Assembly (NCBI GenBank): GCA_963695335.1
Contig: OY968764.1
Coordinates: forward strand, 224,001 to 288,000
DNA from: an uncultured bacterium
GTDB lineage: Bacteria; Babelota; Babeliae; Babelales; Vermiphilaceae
Direction: 5' to 3'
DNA: 64,000 nucleotides
Position 1 is the stretch's first letter; each line of letters opens with the position of its first letter. This document shows, one piece after another, positions 9,033 through 20,471 of this stretch. Both the position numbers and the translations under genes were made by a program. The notes beneath the pieces were generated by a model that had not been told where the DNA came from, made no database searches, and saw nothing but the letters and a program-made list of their open reading frames with translations.

Positions 9033-10487
9033 TTACAACTGCTCAACAATCTGACGTTCACTAAAATAGTGCTTTGTTGTACCAATAATTTGATATTCAT
9101 CTGGACCTTTGCCCAGAAGAACAATAATAGATCCGTTATCAGATAGATGATATGCAAGCTCAATGGCGCATTTGCGATCAAGTTCTTGCACAACTTTATG
9201 ATGAGATTCTTCTGCAATGCCACACACAATATCTTGTGCAATTACAACAGGATCTTCCAAACGTGGATTATCGGAAGTGATTACAACAATATCAGCAATC
9301 TGTGATGCAATGTTACCCATCATAGGGCGTTTTGATCTGTCTCTGCCACCGCCTGCACCAAAAACTACAATTAAATGATGTGTTAATGCGCGCAAGGTAG
9401 AAAGCACCGCTTTAAATGATTCTGGGTTATGAGCATAATCAATAAAACAACGTGCACCATTAGGTAACACATGTTCTTGTAATCGCCCTGGCACACCAGG
9501 AAACGTTTGTAATGCTCGTTTAATAATCCCTGGGTGTACGTATAACTCTTGCGCCATACTTGCAGCGGCTAAAACATTGTAAGCATTATATGCACCAAAA
9601 AGCACTGGGCAAACAAAATCATCAGATTCATAACACTCTTCTGTTGCGTCTTGATACTGAATACCTAATTCAATCAATTGGGTAGGATCTGTTAAAAAAG
9701 TGCCGTGATAATCATATAAACTATTCATTTCTTGACGTGTATCAAATCCGTAAGCAAAAGCTCTTTGATAGTGATCAAGCAGTTGTTGCCCATGCTCATC
9801 ATCAGCATTAATTAACAACGGTGCATCCTCAGATGCACTCAAAAAAATAAGCGATTTTGCTTTAAAATAATCATTAAGCGTTGGATAAAATTCTAAATGT
9901 TCCAAAGAAAAGTTGGTAAAAATCACACCACAAAACGTAATACCTTCAACGCGATGCAATGTCAGTGCTTGTGCAGCAACTTCCATCACCACGTAGTCAA
10001 CGTCCTCATCAACACACATTTTTAAAAACTGCTGCAAATAATCAGGCTGTGGTGTTGTTAATGGAGCGGAAAAATTATTCCCGCAAATACGGTTTTGAGC
10101 AGAACTAATGAGCGCTGTTTTATAACCAGCAAAGCTTAAAATATGTTCAAGTAAAAACGATGTTGTTGTTTTACCTTTGGTGCCAGTGATACCAACAATT
10201 TTTAATTTTTGTGCAGGAAATCCTGCAACTTGCGCACTGAGATTTGCCAAAGCTTTTCTGGTATTATCAACACGCTCAATAACAACATTGTGCGCATGAA
10301 TAAAAGCGCACAATTCATCATCTAACGCAACAGAAAGGTGCACCACAATTGTGCGTGCACCTTTTTCAATCGCTTGTTTAATATATTTAATACCGTTATC
10401 AGAATATCCCTCGATGGCAACAAAACAAGAGTTTTGTCCCACAAAATCGGTATGACATGTGACAGGAAATATGCTTGGTATATTCAT
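9033..10487 (-). CDS. murE: UDP-MurNAc-L-Ala-D-Glu:meso-DAP ligase
   Basis: GITGTKGKTTT, LTTP, DYAHNP, GAGGGRD, SDNPR (DAP-type), LGKG. Confidence 0.93.
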   Translation of the reverse strand: MNIPSIFPVTCHTDFVGQNSCFVAIEGYSDNGIKYIKQAIEKGARTIVVHLSVALDDELCAFIHAHNVVIERVDNTRKALANLSAQVAGFPAQKLKIVGITGTKGKTTTSFLLEHILSFAGYKTALISSAQNRICGNNFSAPLTTPQPDYLQQFLKMCVDEDVDYVVMEVAAQALTLHRVEGITFCGVIFTNFSLEHLEFYPTLNDYFKAKSLIFLSASEDAPLLINADDEHGQQLLDHYQRAFAYGFDTRQEMNSLYDYHGTFLTDPTQLIELGIQYQDATEECYESDDFVCPVLFGAYNAYNVLAAASMAQELYVHPGIIKRALQTFPGVPGRLQEHVLPNGARCFIDYAHNPESFKAVLSTLRALTHHLIVVFGAGGGRDRSKRPMMGNIASQIADIVVITSDNPRLEDPVVIAQDIVCGIAEESHHKVVQELDRKCAIELAYHLSDNGSIIVLLGKGPDEYQIIGTTKHYFSERQIVEQL

Positions 10488-10497
10488 AACTATATTA

Positions 10498-11835
10498 TTA
10501 CGCTTTATATCCACGTAATTGAGCAAGTAATGTTGTTTTTACTTTTGGCAATAACATGATCAATCCATATAAGTTGATCAAAAGCATTATCGCCATAATC
10601 ATATCAGCTAAATCCCATACCAAATCAACAGTTGCAAGCGCTCCAAAAAACGCACACAAACTATACACCACTATAAATCCATAATTAAAGCGATTGTTAG
10701 TAACAAATAGCCATGCAGAACGTACAACATATGCATACGAAACCATAACACCAAGACCAAAACTGAAAGAAAGAAAACTCACAATCCATCCGCCATATAC
10801 GCCAAATACTGTATCAAAGGCTGCAATGGTTAACGCAGTACTATTAAAACCGCTATTCCATGCACCAGAAACAACAATACATAATGCAACAATAAAACCA
10901 AGACATGTACTAATAAACGTACTCACCATGCCCATAAAACCATTTTTTATTGCATCATTACTGCCTGTAGATCCAAACATAATTGCTGCTGAACCAAGGC
11001 CTGATTCTGTAGAAAAAATAGAGCGAGACATACCCGCAGAAATCATTTGTTGCAATGTGAAACCAAGGACTCCTCCACCAACTGCTTGTAACCCTAAACC
11101 ACTGGAAACAATTAAATATAACGCAGGAATTAATGATTTGTAGTGAAATAGCAAAATCACAATAGTAGAAAGCATAAACACAACAACTTTAACCGGAACA
11201 ATACTCACAGAAATTTTTACAATACGTTGTGCTCCACCAAAAAGAATGTATAAAACAAAAGCGAGCAATGCGATACCACTGAATAATGGCGCAATGCCCC
11301 ATGTGGCAGCAAGACTCACCGCCATAGAGTTAGCTTGAATAATATTACCACCAATTAATCCATAAAAAACACAGAAAAATGCGTACAAAAAAGGAAGATA
11401 TTTTCCGCCAGGAACATGCTTTAAATACAGCATTGGTCCACCGAGTGTTGTTTTTTCTGACGCTTGCGATGCATATAATGTACTTAAATACACTTCACCA
11501 AAACGAACCGCCATCAAAATAAAACCAAAAACAACAAACCAAAATGCTGCACCAGGCCCACCTGCATAAATAGCCGTTGCAACACCCGCAACAATACCAT
11601 TGCCTAAATTTGAATTAATCGTATTAATAAATGCTTGAAAAGGAGAAACTTCACCGCCAGTTTGCGCTGCTTTTTCTGATGGAGATACCGTCGCTTTTAA
11701 TGCAGTGAACAGATATCTAAACTGAATTCCACGTAAAACAAATGTATAAATAAGGCTAATTGCTACCACATACAACATTAAAGGCCATCCTGTGGCCGCT
11801 ATACCTATTTTATTAATCAATACCATAAAATCCAT
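10498..11835 (-). CDS. Alanine/glycine:cation symporter (AGCS/AlsT family)
   Basis: GEVSPFQA, LGNGIVAGVATAIYAGGPGAAFW, GGPMLY, FSTESGLGS. Confidence 0.9.
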   Translation of the reverse strand: MDFMVLINKIGIAATGWPLMLYVVAISLIYTFVLRGIQFRYLFTALKATVSPSEKAAQTGGEVSPFQAFINTINSNLGNGIVAGVATAIYAGGPGAAFWFVVFGFILMAVRFGEVYLSTLYASQASEKTTLGGPMLYLKHVPGGKYLPFLYAFFCVFYGLIGGNIIQANSMAVSLAATWGIAPLFSGIALLAFVLYILFGGAQRIVKISVSIVPVKVVVFMLSTIVILLFHYKSLIPALYLIVSSGLGLQAVGGGVLGFTLQQMISAGMSRSIFSTESGLGSAAIMFGSTGSNDAIKNGFMGMVSTFISTCLGFIVALCIVVSGAWNSGFNSTALTIAAFDTVFGVYGGWIVSFLSFSFGLGVMVSYAYVVRSAWLFVTNNRFNYGFIVVYSLCAFFGALATVDLVWDLADMIMAIMLLINLYGLIMLLPKVKTTLLAQLRGYKA

Positions 11836-11921
11836 AATGCTTCCTTGAAAAAAAATAATTTTCACAACAATCACAAATTCAGTATACTGAAATTTTAATA
11901 TTTGGATAAGGTAAAAAAACA

Positions 11922-12353
11922 ATGAAAATTCTTGCACTTGATATTGGTGATCGTTGGACCGGTGTTGCAATTTCAGATCCACTGGGCATTTTACCTCGTC
12001 CTTATGATACTCTTAAAACTACAGAACTTTTTACTTCCCTTGAAAAAATCATTGAAAAAGAACGCGTTTCTACTATTGTTGTGGGACTTCCAACAACACT
12101 ACGCGGAACTGAAAGTGATCAAACCAAAAAAGTTCTTGCTATGACAGAAGATCTCAAAAAACTTTTTCCTGCTATTGAATGGAAAATGTGGGATGAACGG
12201 TTAACGAGTAAACAAGCTTCCACTCTTAAGTCTACAAAAACAAAAGAAGATAAATTACGCTCCCATGCTATTGCTGCTGCTATTTTTTTAAGCTCCTATC
12301 TTGAATATAAACGTTTTCACGAAAACTCCATTAACGAAGTTGACAACTCATAG
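11922..12353 (+). CDS. ruvX: YqgF/RuvX nuclease
   Basis: ILALDIGDRWTGVAISD, VVGLP, WDERLTS. Confidence 0.92.
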   Translation: MKILALDIGDRWTGVAISDPLGILPRPYDTLKTTELFTSLEKIIEKERVSTIVVGLPTTLRGTESDQTKKVLAMTEDLKKLFPAIEWKMWDERLTSKQASTLKSTKTKEDKLRSHAIAAAIFLSSYLEYKRFHENSINEVDNS

Positions 12354-12409
12354 AGTTATGCTCTACGTTGAAACTCAAAAGGGAAACAATAAAACAAGAT
12401 CCTAATTGA

Positions 12410-12442
12410 GGTCCCCATGTAAAATGCAATGTAACATGGGGT
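12410..12442 (-). repeat. Palindromic repeat, family C
   Basis: GGTCCCCATGT..ACATGGGG; related to the ...GGGGACCCC units at 30331-30401 and 49028-49062. Confidence 0.65.
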
Positions 12443-12461
12443 AAAACAGAAAGGGTAGTGT

Positions 12462-12641
12462 ATGAAGTGCCAAAAATGTGATGGATTATTAATCCTTCAA
12501 TCATTTTTTGATAACCCTCTTAATTTTGAAGGGTGGAAATGTTTAAATTGTGGTAAAATAGTACTCAAGAAAGAAAAACCGATAGAATATGATTCGTTTA
12601 GTCTTTTTTACCAACAACAAAAATCTAAAAACCGCAACTAA
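12462..12641 (+). CDS. 59-aa zinc-ribbon protein (absent from ORF track)
   Basis: MKCQKCDG...GWKCLNCGK with two CxxC pairs; AAGGG RBS; stop 8 nt before tsaB. Confidence 0.8.
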   Translation: MKCQKCDGLLILQSFFDNPLNFEGWKCLNCGKIVLKKEKPIEYDSFSLFYQQQKSKNRN

Positions 12642-12649
12642 AGATACCA

Positions 12650-13318
12650 ATGCATTCCTACATAGCAATTCAAAACACCTATGACGTTTTTGAGATAGCG
12701 CTTTTTACCAATAATGAACTTATCGGTAAAAAGCGCGAAAATAAGTATCACGCAAGCAAATTGTTCATCCCATTATTGGATGAACTTCTCACAGAAAATA
12801 ACGTAAAAATCAGTGATTTTGATTTTTGCGCGGTCAATTGCGGCCCCGGACCGTTTTCTACGTTGCGATCAATTATCGCTTCAGTCAATGGCTTGCATTT
12901 TGCAACCAACATACCTCTGATTGGTGTTGATGGTCTTGATGCAACGTTTCTAGAATTTTATGATAACAACTACCAACACACAATTGTTTTATTAAATGCT
13001 TTTAATAATGAAGTATATTATTTAATCGCTGATGGCAAACAGATTCTCAGCAAGGGCTATCAAAAAACTGATCTGTTTTTGCAGGAAATCAAACAACAAA
13101 TACCAGCACCCGTTAACTTTATTGGCAATGGAGTCTCCCTGCACCAATCTCTCATCACAGAAAAACTTGGCAATAATGCCGTTATTAAAGAACCAAATCC
13201 CGCAATGTGTTCAGTAGAAATGATTGGCAAAATTGGACTAGAAAAATGGCTCCTTAAACAAGGAGCCACTACGTATGTTATGCCATTGCATCTTAAAAAG
13301 CATGCTGTGGAATTGTAA
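12650..13318 (+). CDS. tsaB: t6A biosynthesis protein TsaB
   Basis: HASKL.P.LD.LL, AVNCGPGPFSTLR, IPLIGV. Confidence 0.88.
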   Translation: MHSYIAIQNTYDVFEIALFTNNELIGKKRENKYHASKLFIPLLDELLTENNVKISDFDFCAVNCGPGPFSTLRSIIASVNGLHFATNIPLIGVDGLDATFLEFYDNNYQHTIVLLNAFNNEVYYLIADGKQILSKGYQKTDLFLQEIKQQIPAPVNFIGNGVSLHQSLITEKLGNNAVIKEPNPAMCSVEMIGKIGLEKWLLKQGATTYVMPLHLKKHAVEL

Positions 13319-13326
13319 AAAATTAA

Positions 13327-14379
13327 TTACGCTAACGTATACCAAATAGCACGACCTTTTCCATGTCGCATTATATATTTTTGATCAATTAAAAAATTCA
13401 AATGTTTTTTTATAGTACTACGTGAAGCATGTGTAATTTGTACAATGTCGACCATGGTAGCTCTATTTTTCTGCTGAATCAATTGTAAAATATCTGCTGC
13501 CAATGGAGGCACCGATGGACGCGCTATTTGTTCATGTTTTATTTTGACTTCTAAATGTTCAATTTGTTTAACCAAAGAACGTAAAAAATAAAGCAACCAT
13601 GGATCAAAATCTGGCGTCTTTGTTTTAAATGTTGTTTGTGTACGCCGCAGGGCACGATAATACCCTTCTTTGTTGTGCTCTATAATTGATTCTAATGCAC
13701 TGTAAGAAACATATGAATAATCAGACTTTAATAAAAGTAATGTTGTTAAAACACGCGATAATCTGCCGTTACCATCTTGAAAAGGATGAATTGCTAAAAA
13801 TACAACTATAAAAACAGCTATCACAATCAATGGATTCAATGAATGGCTCATTAAAGCATTATTAGTCCAATCAACAAGTTGTTCCATTTCTCGTGGGGTA
13901 TCAAATGGTGATGAAGTTGCAAAAACAATACCTAGTGACTTTCCTTGTGAATCAAAAGCCTCAACGTTATTAGGATGTTTTTTATACTCGCCGCGATGGC
14001 GCATATCTTTTGTTGAATACTGAAGCAACATGGCATGTAATTGCTTAATATAGTTTTCAGTCAAAGGGATATATTCATAACTTGCAAATACTTCCTCCAT
14101 AACATATCCATATCCTGCAATTTCTTCTTCATCTCGAGATTTAAATGATTTTGTGGTAAGACCTGACAATAATGCTTCTACTTCGCGATCTGAGAGCTTT
14201 GCCCCCTCTATTCTGGTAGATGATCCTATGCTCTCGATAGTAGCAACATAACGTAATCTTTTAAGTTGCTCTGGCGCCAAACTATGCTTTAATGTGGGCC
14301 ATGCATCATTAAATGTATTAATTTTGTCGATCAATGCTTGCAGTTCCGCAGAAAGTGTTATTTTCTCAATTTTAATCAT
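13327..14379 (-). CDS. Fic-domain protein with C-terminal HTH
   Basis: HPFQDGNGRLSR; N-terminal SSTRIEG inhibitory motif. Confidence 0.93.
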   Translation of the reverse strand: MIKIEKITLSAELQALIDKINTFNDAWPTLKHSLAPEQLKRLRYVATIESIGSSTRIEGAKLSDREVEALLSGLTTKSFKSRDEEEIAGYGYVMEEVFASYEYIPLTENYIKQLHAMLLQYSTKDMRHRGEYKKHPNNVEAFDSQGKSLGIVFATSSPFDTPREMEQLVDWTNNALMSHSLNPLIVIAVFIVVFLAIHPFQDGNGRLSRVLTTLLLLKSDYSYVSYSALESIIEHNKEGYYRALRRTQTTFKTKTPDFDPWLLYFLRSLVKQIEHLEVKIKHEQIARPSVPPLAADILQLIQQKNRATMVDIVQITHASRSTIKKHLNFLIDQKYIMRHGKGRAIWYTLA

Positions 14380-14518
14380 TAATATCCTTTTGATAAAGGT
14401 TACACCTTAAGCTTATTGTATCACATTGCCACCTCAAACGTCCACCAACTTATAGAAATCACCCACAAATGACCGATTTATATCAAAAAAAGGAGAGTTT
14501 TTTCTCCTTTTTAACTCA

Positions 14519-14809
14519 TTATCCTTTATTGGCGAGTAAGCGTCTCTCTTCTAACTTCGCATCGCGCCAGAGTCGTGATTCTGCTTCCGAGATTAATTGA
14601 CGCTTATTATTCTGCTCCCATATTTGCAGCTCTAACTTATTATTCTGCTGCCACAAAGCCAATTCTCGACTCACAGATGGCTGCATACTTTCTGCTCTTC
14701 GGCCTATCGCCAACTTTTGTTCTAGTGATAATCCGTTTTTATCCATAGCAACTAAAGAACAACCCAAGAAACTAAACCCTACTATCATGCAATTAATTTT
14801 TGTCATCAT
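14519..14809 (-). CDS. Small secreted hypothetical protein
   Basis: Signal-like N-terminus ending SLVA|MDK; internal repeat LWQQNNK/IWEQNNK. Confidence 0.6.
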   Translation of the reverse strand: MMTKINCMIVGFSFLGCSLVAMDKNGLSLEQKLAIGRRAESMQPSVSRELALWQQNNKLELQIWEQNNKRQLISEAESRLWRDAKLEERRLLANKG

Positions 14810-14822
14810 TGAACCCTATTTT

Positions 14823-15728
14823 TTACGCCGCACCATATTCTCGTAACAACTGCTCGGCGGAATGATACTGATTTTTCATAGCAACAGATAACGCAGTACC
14901 CGTTGTACTCACGCGGTCAACCACCGCCCCTGCATCAAGCAATATTCGCATTATATCCATATTATTTTTTTCAACCGCTGCAATGAGCAAGGTTTTGCCA
15001 GCTTGCGTACGATTAACATCCGCATGTGCATGACGAATTAATAAACCCATTAATTTACTATTTTTGTTATGTTCAACAATATGCCACAACAATGATGAAG
15101 CTTTTTCTTGAGAAAGACGAACTTTTTTAATAAACAGTTGTTCAACCGCGTGATAATCGTCATCGTTCACTGCAAACGTAAAAGCTTGTTCAGCGCAAGA
15201 AGCAAGAAAATTACACGGAGCTTTTCCTGTTTTTTGACGATCTTTGCCCCATGCAATCACCAAACCAATCAAATCAATGTATCTGCTTTTAACCAACGTT
15301 ACCAATGCTGGTGTTTTGCCATGCAATGTGGGATATTTACAAAGAAGATCCAATAGATCATATTGAATATTTTTTTTACAACCACAATGCGCAACCACTC
15401 CATACACAATGTTTATTTTTTCTTCAGATGATAGTTCTATGCTTTGATCGTTAATCATTTTTTCAGCAATATCATACACAAATCTGCACTGAAACTGACT
15501 CATCACTTTAACAATCAGATCAATATCATGACTCAAAAACAAAGCATTCATTGTTTCATATGCCTGATCTAATGATAGAACAGTCATTGGATCTGCTTTA
15601 AAATTAAAAACATCAATATGGGTGGCTGTTATAATATTTTTTTTATTATTATTCAAAAATAGTATACTAACCCCAAAAAAACCCATAATGATACATAATC
15701 GTAAAATTCCTGCTTGCCTGCTTTCCAT
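14823..15728 (-). CDS. Membrane-anchored ankyrin-repeat protein
   Basis: N-terminal hydrophobic segment; ADVN..GKTLLIAAV..LLDAGA, GTALSVA..LLREYGA. Confidence 0.8.
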   Translation of the reverse strand: MESRQAGILRLCIIMGFFGVSILFLNNNKKNIITATHIDVFNFKADPMTVLSLDQAYETMNALFLSHDIDLIVKVMSQFQCRFVYDIAEKMINDQSIELSSEEKINIVYGVVAHCGCKKNIQYDLLDLLCKYPTLHGKTPALVTLVKSRYIDLIGLVIAWGKDRQKTGKAPCNFLASCAEQAFTFAVNDDDYHAVEQLFIKKVRLSQEKASSLLWHIVEHNKNSKLMGLLIRHAHADVNRTQAGKTLLIAAVEKNNMDIMRILLDAGAVVDRVSTTGTALSVAMKNQYHSAEQLLREYGAA

Positions 15729-15854
15729 TACACTCTCCCCTGTCCTCACTCAAAAACTGATCCACCCACCCTTAATTAATAACAGTGTAATACTCAAAAA
15801 TATAAAAAATCAATAAAAATGTAAGTACTATTTGAATACATTTTATTGCGCAAC

Positions 15855-16628
15855 TTACACAAAAAGAGAACGAATAAAACCAGCAGCAAGCCCTGTTGCT
15901 TGAACAGCACGCATAATGGTAGGAGTAAGAGCACAAAAAATAAAATTATGAGCTCGTACCGTTTCTTTTTCTTCTAACGTTAAATCTCCCTCTGGTCCAA
16001 CTAAAAGCACTATATGGGCAGGTTGTTGATCGCGCAACCCTTGCGCAACATCAAAAAAGGGTTTTCCTTGCGGATCAAAAAAAAGTTTGCTTTCGTAACT
16101 GTTATACTTTTTTAAAGCATCCTGAAGAGAAATTGGTTCATGAAACATAGGATACGCAAAGTTTTTTGACTGTTCTGCTGCAGCAATCATAATACGCTGA
16201 GAACGATCCTTATCACGCTCACCAGACCATTTATTTCCTGTTTTTTGTGTATAAATCAATTGAATGTTGTTTGCTCCAATTTCCGTCAAACTGTATAAAG
16301 CAGCTTCATAATCTTCACGCTTAAACATTGGCAATAAAAAAGTGATGTGGGGTTGCAAAATAACGGTTGAATATATCGAATGTATAGCAATTTGAACCTG
16401 TTTTTTTCCAACAAAAGTATTAATGGTAACATTAATATATGTATCTCTATCAAACAAGATACATTGATCATTACTGCACAATCGCAAAACATTCATCATG
16501 CGATGCACTAATGTTTCATCAGACAATATAAGAATGTCGCCGGAACCTTTTTGTTGTAGTAGCAAAGATAATGATTCTGTATACAAAGCAAATTCATGCT
16601 TATCTTTATGCGCTATTGTGCCATCCAT
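15855..16628 (-). CDS. rsmE: 16S rRNA m3U1498 methyltransferase
   Basis: HR..NVLR, LTEIGA, AAAEQS, VGPEGDLT, LTPTIMR. Confidence 0.85.
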   Translation of the reverse strand: MDGTIAHKDKHEFALYTESLSLLLQQKGSGDILILSDETLVHRMMNVLRLCSNDQCILFDRDTYINVTINTFVGKKQVQIAIHSIYSTVILQPHITFLLPMFKREDYEAALYSLTEIGANNIQLIYTQKTGNKWSGERDKDRSQRIMIAAAEQSKNFAYPMFHEPISLQDALKKYNSYESKLFFDPQGKPFFDVAQGLRDQQPAHIVLLVGPEGDLTLEEKETVRAHNFIFCALTPTIMRAVQATGLAAGFIRSLFV

Positions 16629-16654
16629 GGGAAATATGTTCTTCTTTCAATAAT

Positions 16655-17059
16655 TTATGCTTTTATGAGTCTCGTAAACCAGTTATTCAGTGTTTGTTTG
16701 ATGTCTGAGCAATACGCATGTGTAATTTCTCTAATGGCCATATACTGTATCAGTACAAATCCAAACATCTCTTGTATTAATGCTTTCGCACCTGATATTG
16801 TTTCCGGTTGTGCTTCATCACAAACATGTTGATCATACTCATCAATAGCAATTTGATTATTTTGCTGAATCACTTGATATTCATCAGTTTGATTGGTTTG
16901 CTGATATCCGTATTCATCTTTAAGGTTATCTGCCGCATCAAGAAAAGATATTTGCGAAGGGTCTTGATCATACTCTCTTTGTATGAGCTGACTACCATAA
17001 AAAGCATTGCTTGCATTGCTTATCAGAACAACTCCAAGCACAATTGCTATCTTTTTCAT
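16655..17059 (-). CDS. Secreted hypothetical protein
   Basis: MKKIAIVLGVVLISNASNA signal peptide; AAGGG RBS. Confidence 0.65.
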   Translation of the reverse strand: MKKIAIVLGVVLISNASNAFYGSQLIQREYDQDPSQISFLDAADNLKDEYGYQQTNQTDEYQVIQQNNQIAIDEYDQHVCDEAQPETISGAKALIQEMFGFVLIQYMAIREITHAYCSDIKQTLNNWFTRLIKA

Positions 17060-17182
17060 AAAAATCCCTTTTTCTCATAAAAATTAATCATTACAACGCT
17101 CATAATATAAATTATCTCAAAAATTAAAAAAAGCTCTTTTTTTACAAAGAGCTTTTAAATCGCTATAGATAAAGAAAAAATT

Positions 17183-17488
17183 TTATTGATTAAAATCTAA
17201 ACGACGTACAATACCTGCAGGTTGTCTATCTCCCTGGTCATACTGCTGTTCTGCAAGTTGCCTTTCAACCCGATTCAATCGAGCCTGTTCCATTCTTTGC
17301 CGATGAGCTTGCTCTCTATCCTGACGCAATTGTCGTAGCATTTCCTCACGTTGGCGATTTTCTTCTGCTCGTCTTATATCTTCTATATGCTCTGGGGTTG
17401 CTACCCCCTCTGACATATATTCCATTGAAAACATATTAGCAGCTGTGATTAATAAAAAAACAACCACAAGATTACATAGCTTATTCAT
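17183..17488 (-). CDS. Secreted charged helical protein, paralog of neighbour
   Basis: GAGGA RBS; signal ..NMFS|ME; R/E/Q-rich. Confidence 0.65.
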   Translation of the reverse strand: MNKLCNLVVVFLLITAANMFSMEYMSEGVATPEHIEDIRRAEENRQREEMLRQLRQDREQAHRQRMEQARLNRVERQLAEQQYDQGDRQPAGIVRRLDFNQ

Positions 17489-17525
17489 GATATCCTCTAT
17501 ATTTACAATTATATTTATACTATAT

Positions 17526-17795
17526 CTAATATCCCTTTGAATATTTCTGAAACACTCTATCCCTTGCAAAATTTCGTCTTTGCTCTTGATCAGCTTCTCT
17601 CTCTCTTGCCCTATACTCTCGTTCTTCTGCCAATACTTGAACTTCTCGTTCTGCAGCTTCTCGCGATTTTCGAGCTGCCTCTTCTTGTGCTATATTTTGC
17701 GCATGCTCATACGATATTGCATCTTCTCGCATCGAAAACAGATTCATTGTGACTATTGCTAAAAAACTAACCATGAAATTAATTAGTTTTTTCAT
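17526..17795 (-). CDS. Secreted charged helical protein
   Basis: GGAGG RBS; signal ..NLFS|MR; R/E-rich. Confidence 0.65.
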   Translation of the reverse strand: MKKLINFMVSFLAIVTMNLFSMREDAISYEHAQNIAQEEAARKSREAAEREVQVLAEEREYRAREREADQEQRRNFARDRVFQKYSKGY

Positions 17796-17989
17796 AATAC
17801 CCTCCATTTTTTTACAATTTCTATTTGCATCATACACATATAAAATATATCACATTCTACCTCTTTACTTCAATAATAATTATTCTTTTTGTAAAAATAA
17901 CATCTTGATGTATAAAGACTCATATTGAGAAAAGCTTATTTTTTTGCTACTCTTGGCAAGTAGACGATATAGCTTTAAACCTGATACCA

Positions 17990-20439
17990 ATGGGGATTGC
18001 AATGATCTCACGAATTCTCGCGAAAATAGTCGGCACCAATAATGAACGTCAATTAAAAAAAATGCTCCCCATTATTGAAAAAATTAATGCTCTTGAACCT
18101 TCAATGCTCGCATTAACCAATGAAGAGCTTGCTCATAAAACCATTGAATTTAAAGAACAAATCTCTGCCGGCAAACATTTAGATACTATTCTGCCGGAAA
18201 CTTTTGCCGTTGTGCGTGAAGCAGCTCGCCGTACACTTGGTCAACGCCACTTTGATGTGCAGTTAATGGGTGGTATTGTTTTACATCAAGGAAAAATCTC
18301 AGAAATGAAAACAGGTGAAGGTAAAACGCTCACCGCAACACTCCCTCTCTATCTTAATGCCTTAGCTGGCAAAGGCGCCCATCTTATCACCGTCAATGAT
18401 TATCTTGCACGCCGTGACTCTGAATGGATGAGTCCTGTGTACAGCTTTTTGGGTTTAAGAGTTGCATGTCTTCAAAACGCAATGAATGATACAGAGCGTA
18501 AAGATGCCTACCAAGCAGATATTTTATACGCAACTAATAATGAACTTGGATTTGACTATCTACGCGACAACATGAAATTCCGTGAAAGTGATCTATGTAC
18601 AACGCGAACTTTCTTTTGGTATTGTTGATGAAGTGGATTCAATTTTAATTGATGAAGCTCGTACTCCACTCATTATTTCTGGCAGTTCAGAAGAAGTTTC
18701 ATCATTATACCGCGATGCCGACAGGGTTGTTTCTTATCTTGAAAAAAATGTTGATTATGAAGTTGATGAAAAAGCCCGCAACGTTATCTTAACTGAATCT
18801 GGTATTGATAAAGTTGAAGCGGCTTTTAATATCAAAAATCTCTTTCTTGTTGAGTACATGCAACTATTACATCACATCAACCAAGCATTACGCGCGCATT
18901 CCCTTTTTAAACGAGATGTTGAATATGTTGTTGCTGATAACCAAGTGCTTATTGTGGATGAATTTACCGGACGTATTTTACCAGGACGGCGCTATAGCGA
19001 TGGGTTGCACCAAGCAATTGAAGCTAAAGAAAATGTAGAAATTGAACGAGAAAGCCAAACATTAGCAAGTATCACATTACAAAACTTTTTCAGACTTTAT
19101 AAAAAACTCGCTGGTATGACTGGTACTGCTGCAACTGAAAGTGAAGAATTCCATAACATTTATAAACTTGATGTTATTTCTATTCCAACAAATCGCCCTA
19201 TGACTCAGAAAAGATATGCCTGATCTTATCTTTTTGACAAAAAATGCAAAATACAAAGCTATTATAGAAGATATCACTGAGCGTCATAAAAAAAATCAAC
19301 CAGTTCTGATTGGTACCATTGCAATTGAAACATCAGAACTATTAAGTGCAATTTTAACAGCAAGTGGTATTCGCCATGAAGTGTTAAACGCAAAACAACA
19401 TGCACGTGAAGCGGAAATTATTGCGCATGCAGGAGAACCTGGGCGTATCACCATTGCAACTAATATGGCTGGCCGTGGTACAGATATCAAACTTACTCCA
19501 GAATCTATTCAAGCAGGAGGTTTATATATTCTTGGAACTGAACGTCATGAAAGCAGACGTATTGATAATCAGCTGCGTGGACGTTCTGGACGTCAAGGCG
19601 ATCCAGGTGAATCACGATTTTACATATCTCTTGAAGATGATCTTGCACGTATTTTTGGTGGAGATTCATTAAAAAACAAAATGGTGTTTGTGGGAATGCA
19701 AGAAGATGAAGTGATTGAATCCGGCTTGGTTTCTCGTACCATTGAACGCGCTCAAGAACGTGTAGAAAAACATAACTTTGACAACCGTAAACATCTACTT
19801 GAATATGATGATGTGCTTAATCAGCAACGCATCGTAATCTATAATCATCGTCTTGATGCACTTGCTGGTGAAAACCGCATTTATGAACTGATTCGTGATT
19901 TTATTATCACGATTGTACAAGATCTTGTAACGTATAATGCGCCACAAAACACACTCAAACAAGAACAAGTTGCTAAAATTTACGAAGCATTGGTATATAT
20001 TACTGGCCTTAAACAAACAGATTTTTCTGCTGCAGGCATTAGCACTTCTAACAGTGAGCTGTTCCAAAAGGATCTTATTAATTTTATTCTTGAACAATAC
20101 GACCTGTATCGCAGAAAGTTCAATGAAAACATTATTAAAAATGCGGAAAAGTGGCTTGTTTTAGAAACAATTGATCAAGCGTGGCGCCAGCATATGCTTA
20201 ATCTTGATCATCTTAAAGAAGGCATTGGATTGCGTGGATGGGGACAAAAAAATCCACTTATTGAATATAAACGTGAAGCATTTGATATGTTCCGTGAAAT
20301 GATGTCACATATCCGTTTTGATATTGTGCATCACATATTCCATCTGAACCTCACACAATTTAATGAACAAGAACTTGAGCAACGCCGTGATGCTGAGCTT
20401 GAGCATCTCAATCTCTCCGGCACTGGCGATCCAGCATAA
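17990..20439 (+). CDS. secA: Preprotein translocase SecA, split into three ORFs by two +1 frameshifts (probable sequence error)
   Basis: [50 protein letters not shown] colinear across three frames; extra C at about 18593 and about 19204-19206. Confidence 0.93.
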
Positions 20440-20443
20440 AAAT

Positions 20444-20470
20444 AAAACCCCTGAAAAACAGGGGTTTTTT
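20444..20470. terminator. Bidirectional terminator
   Basis: AAAACCCCTG-AAAAA-CAGGGGTTTT. Confidence 0.8.
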
Positions 20471-20471
20471 A

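Noticed and set aside
18582..19223. Programmed frameshifting or a genuinely split secA
   Set aside because: No slippery sequence or stimulatory structure seen; sequence error is simpler, though reads are needed to confirm
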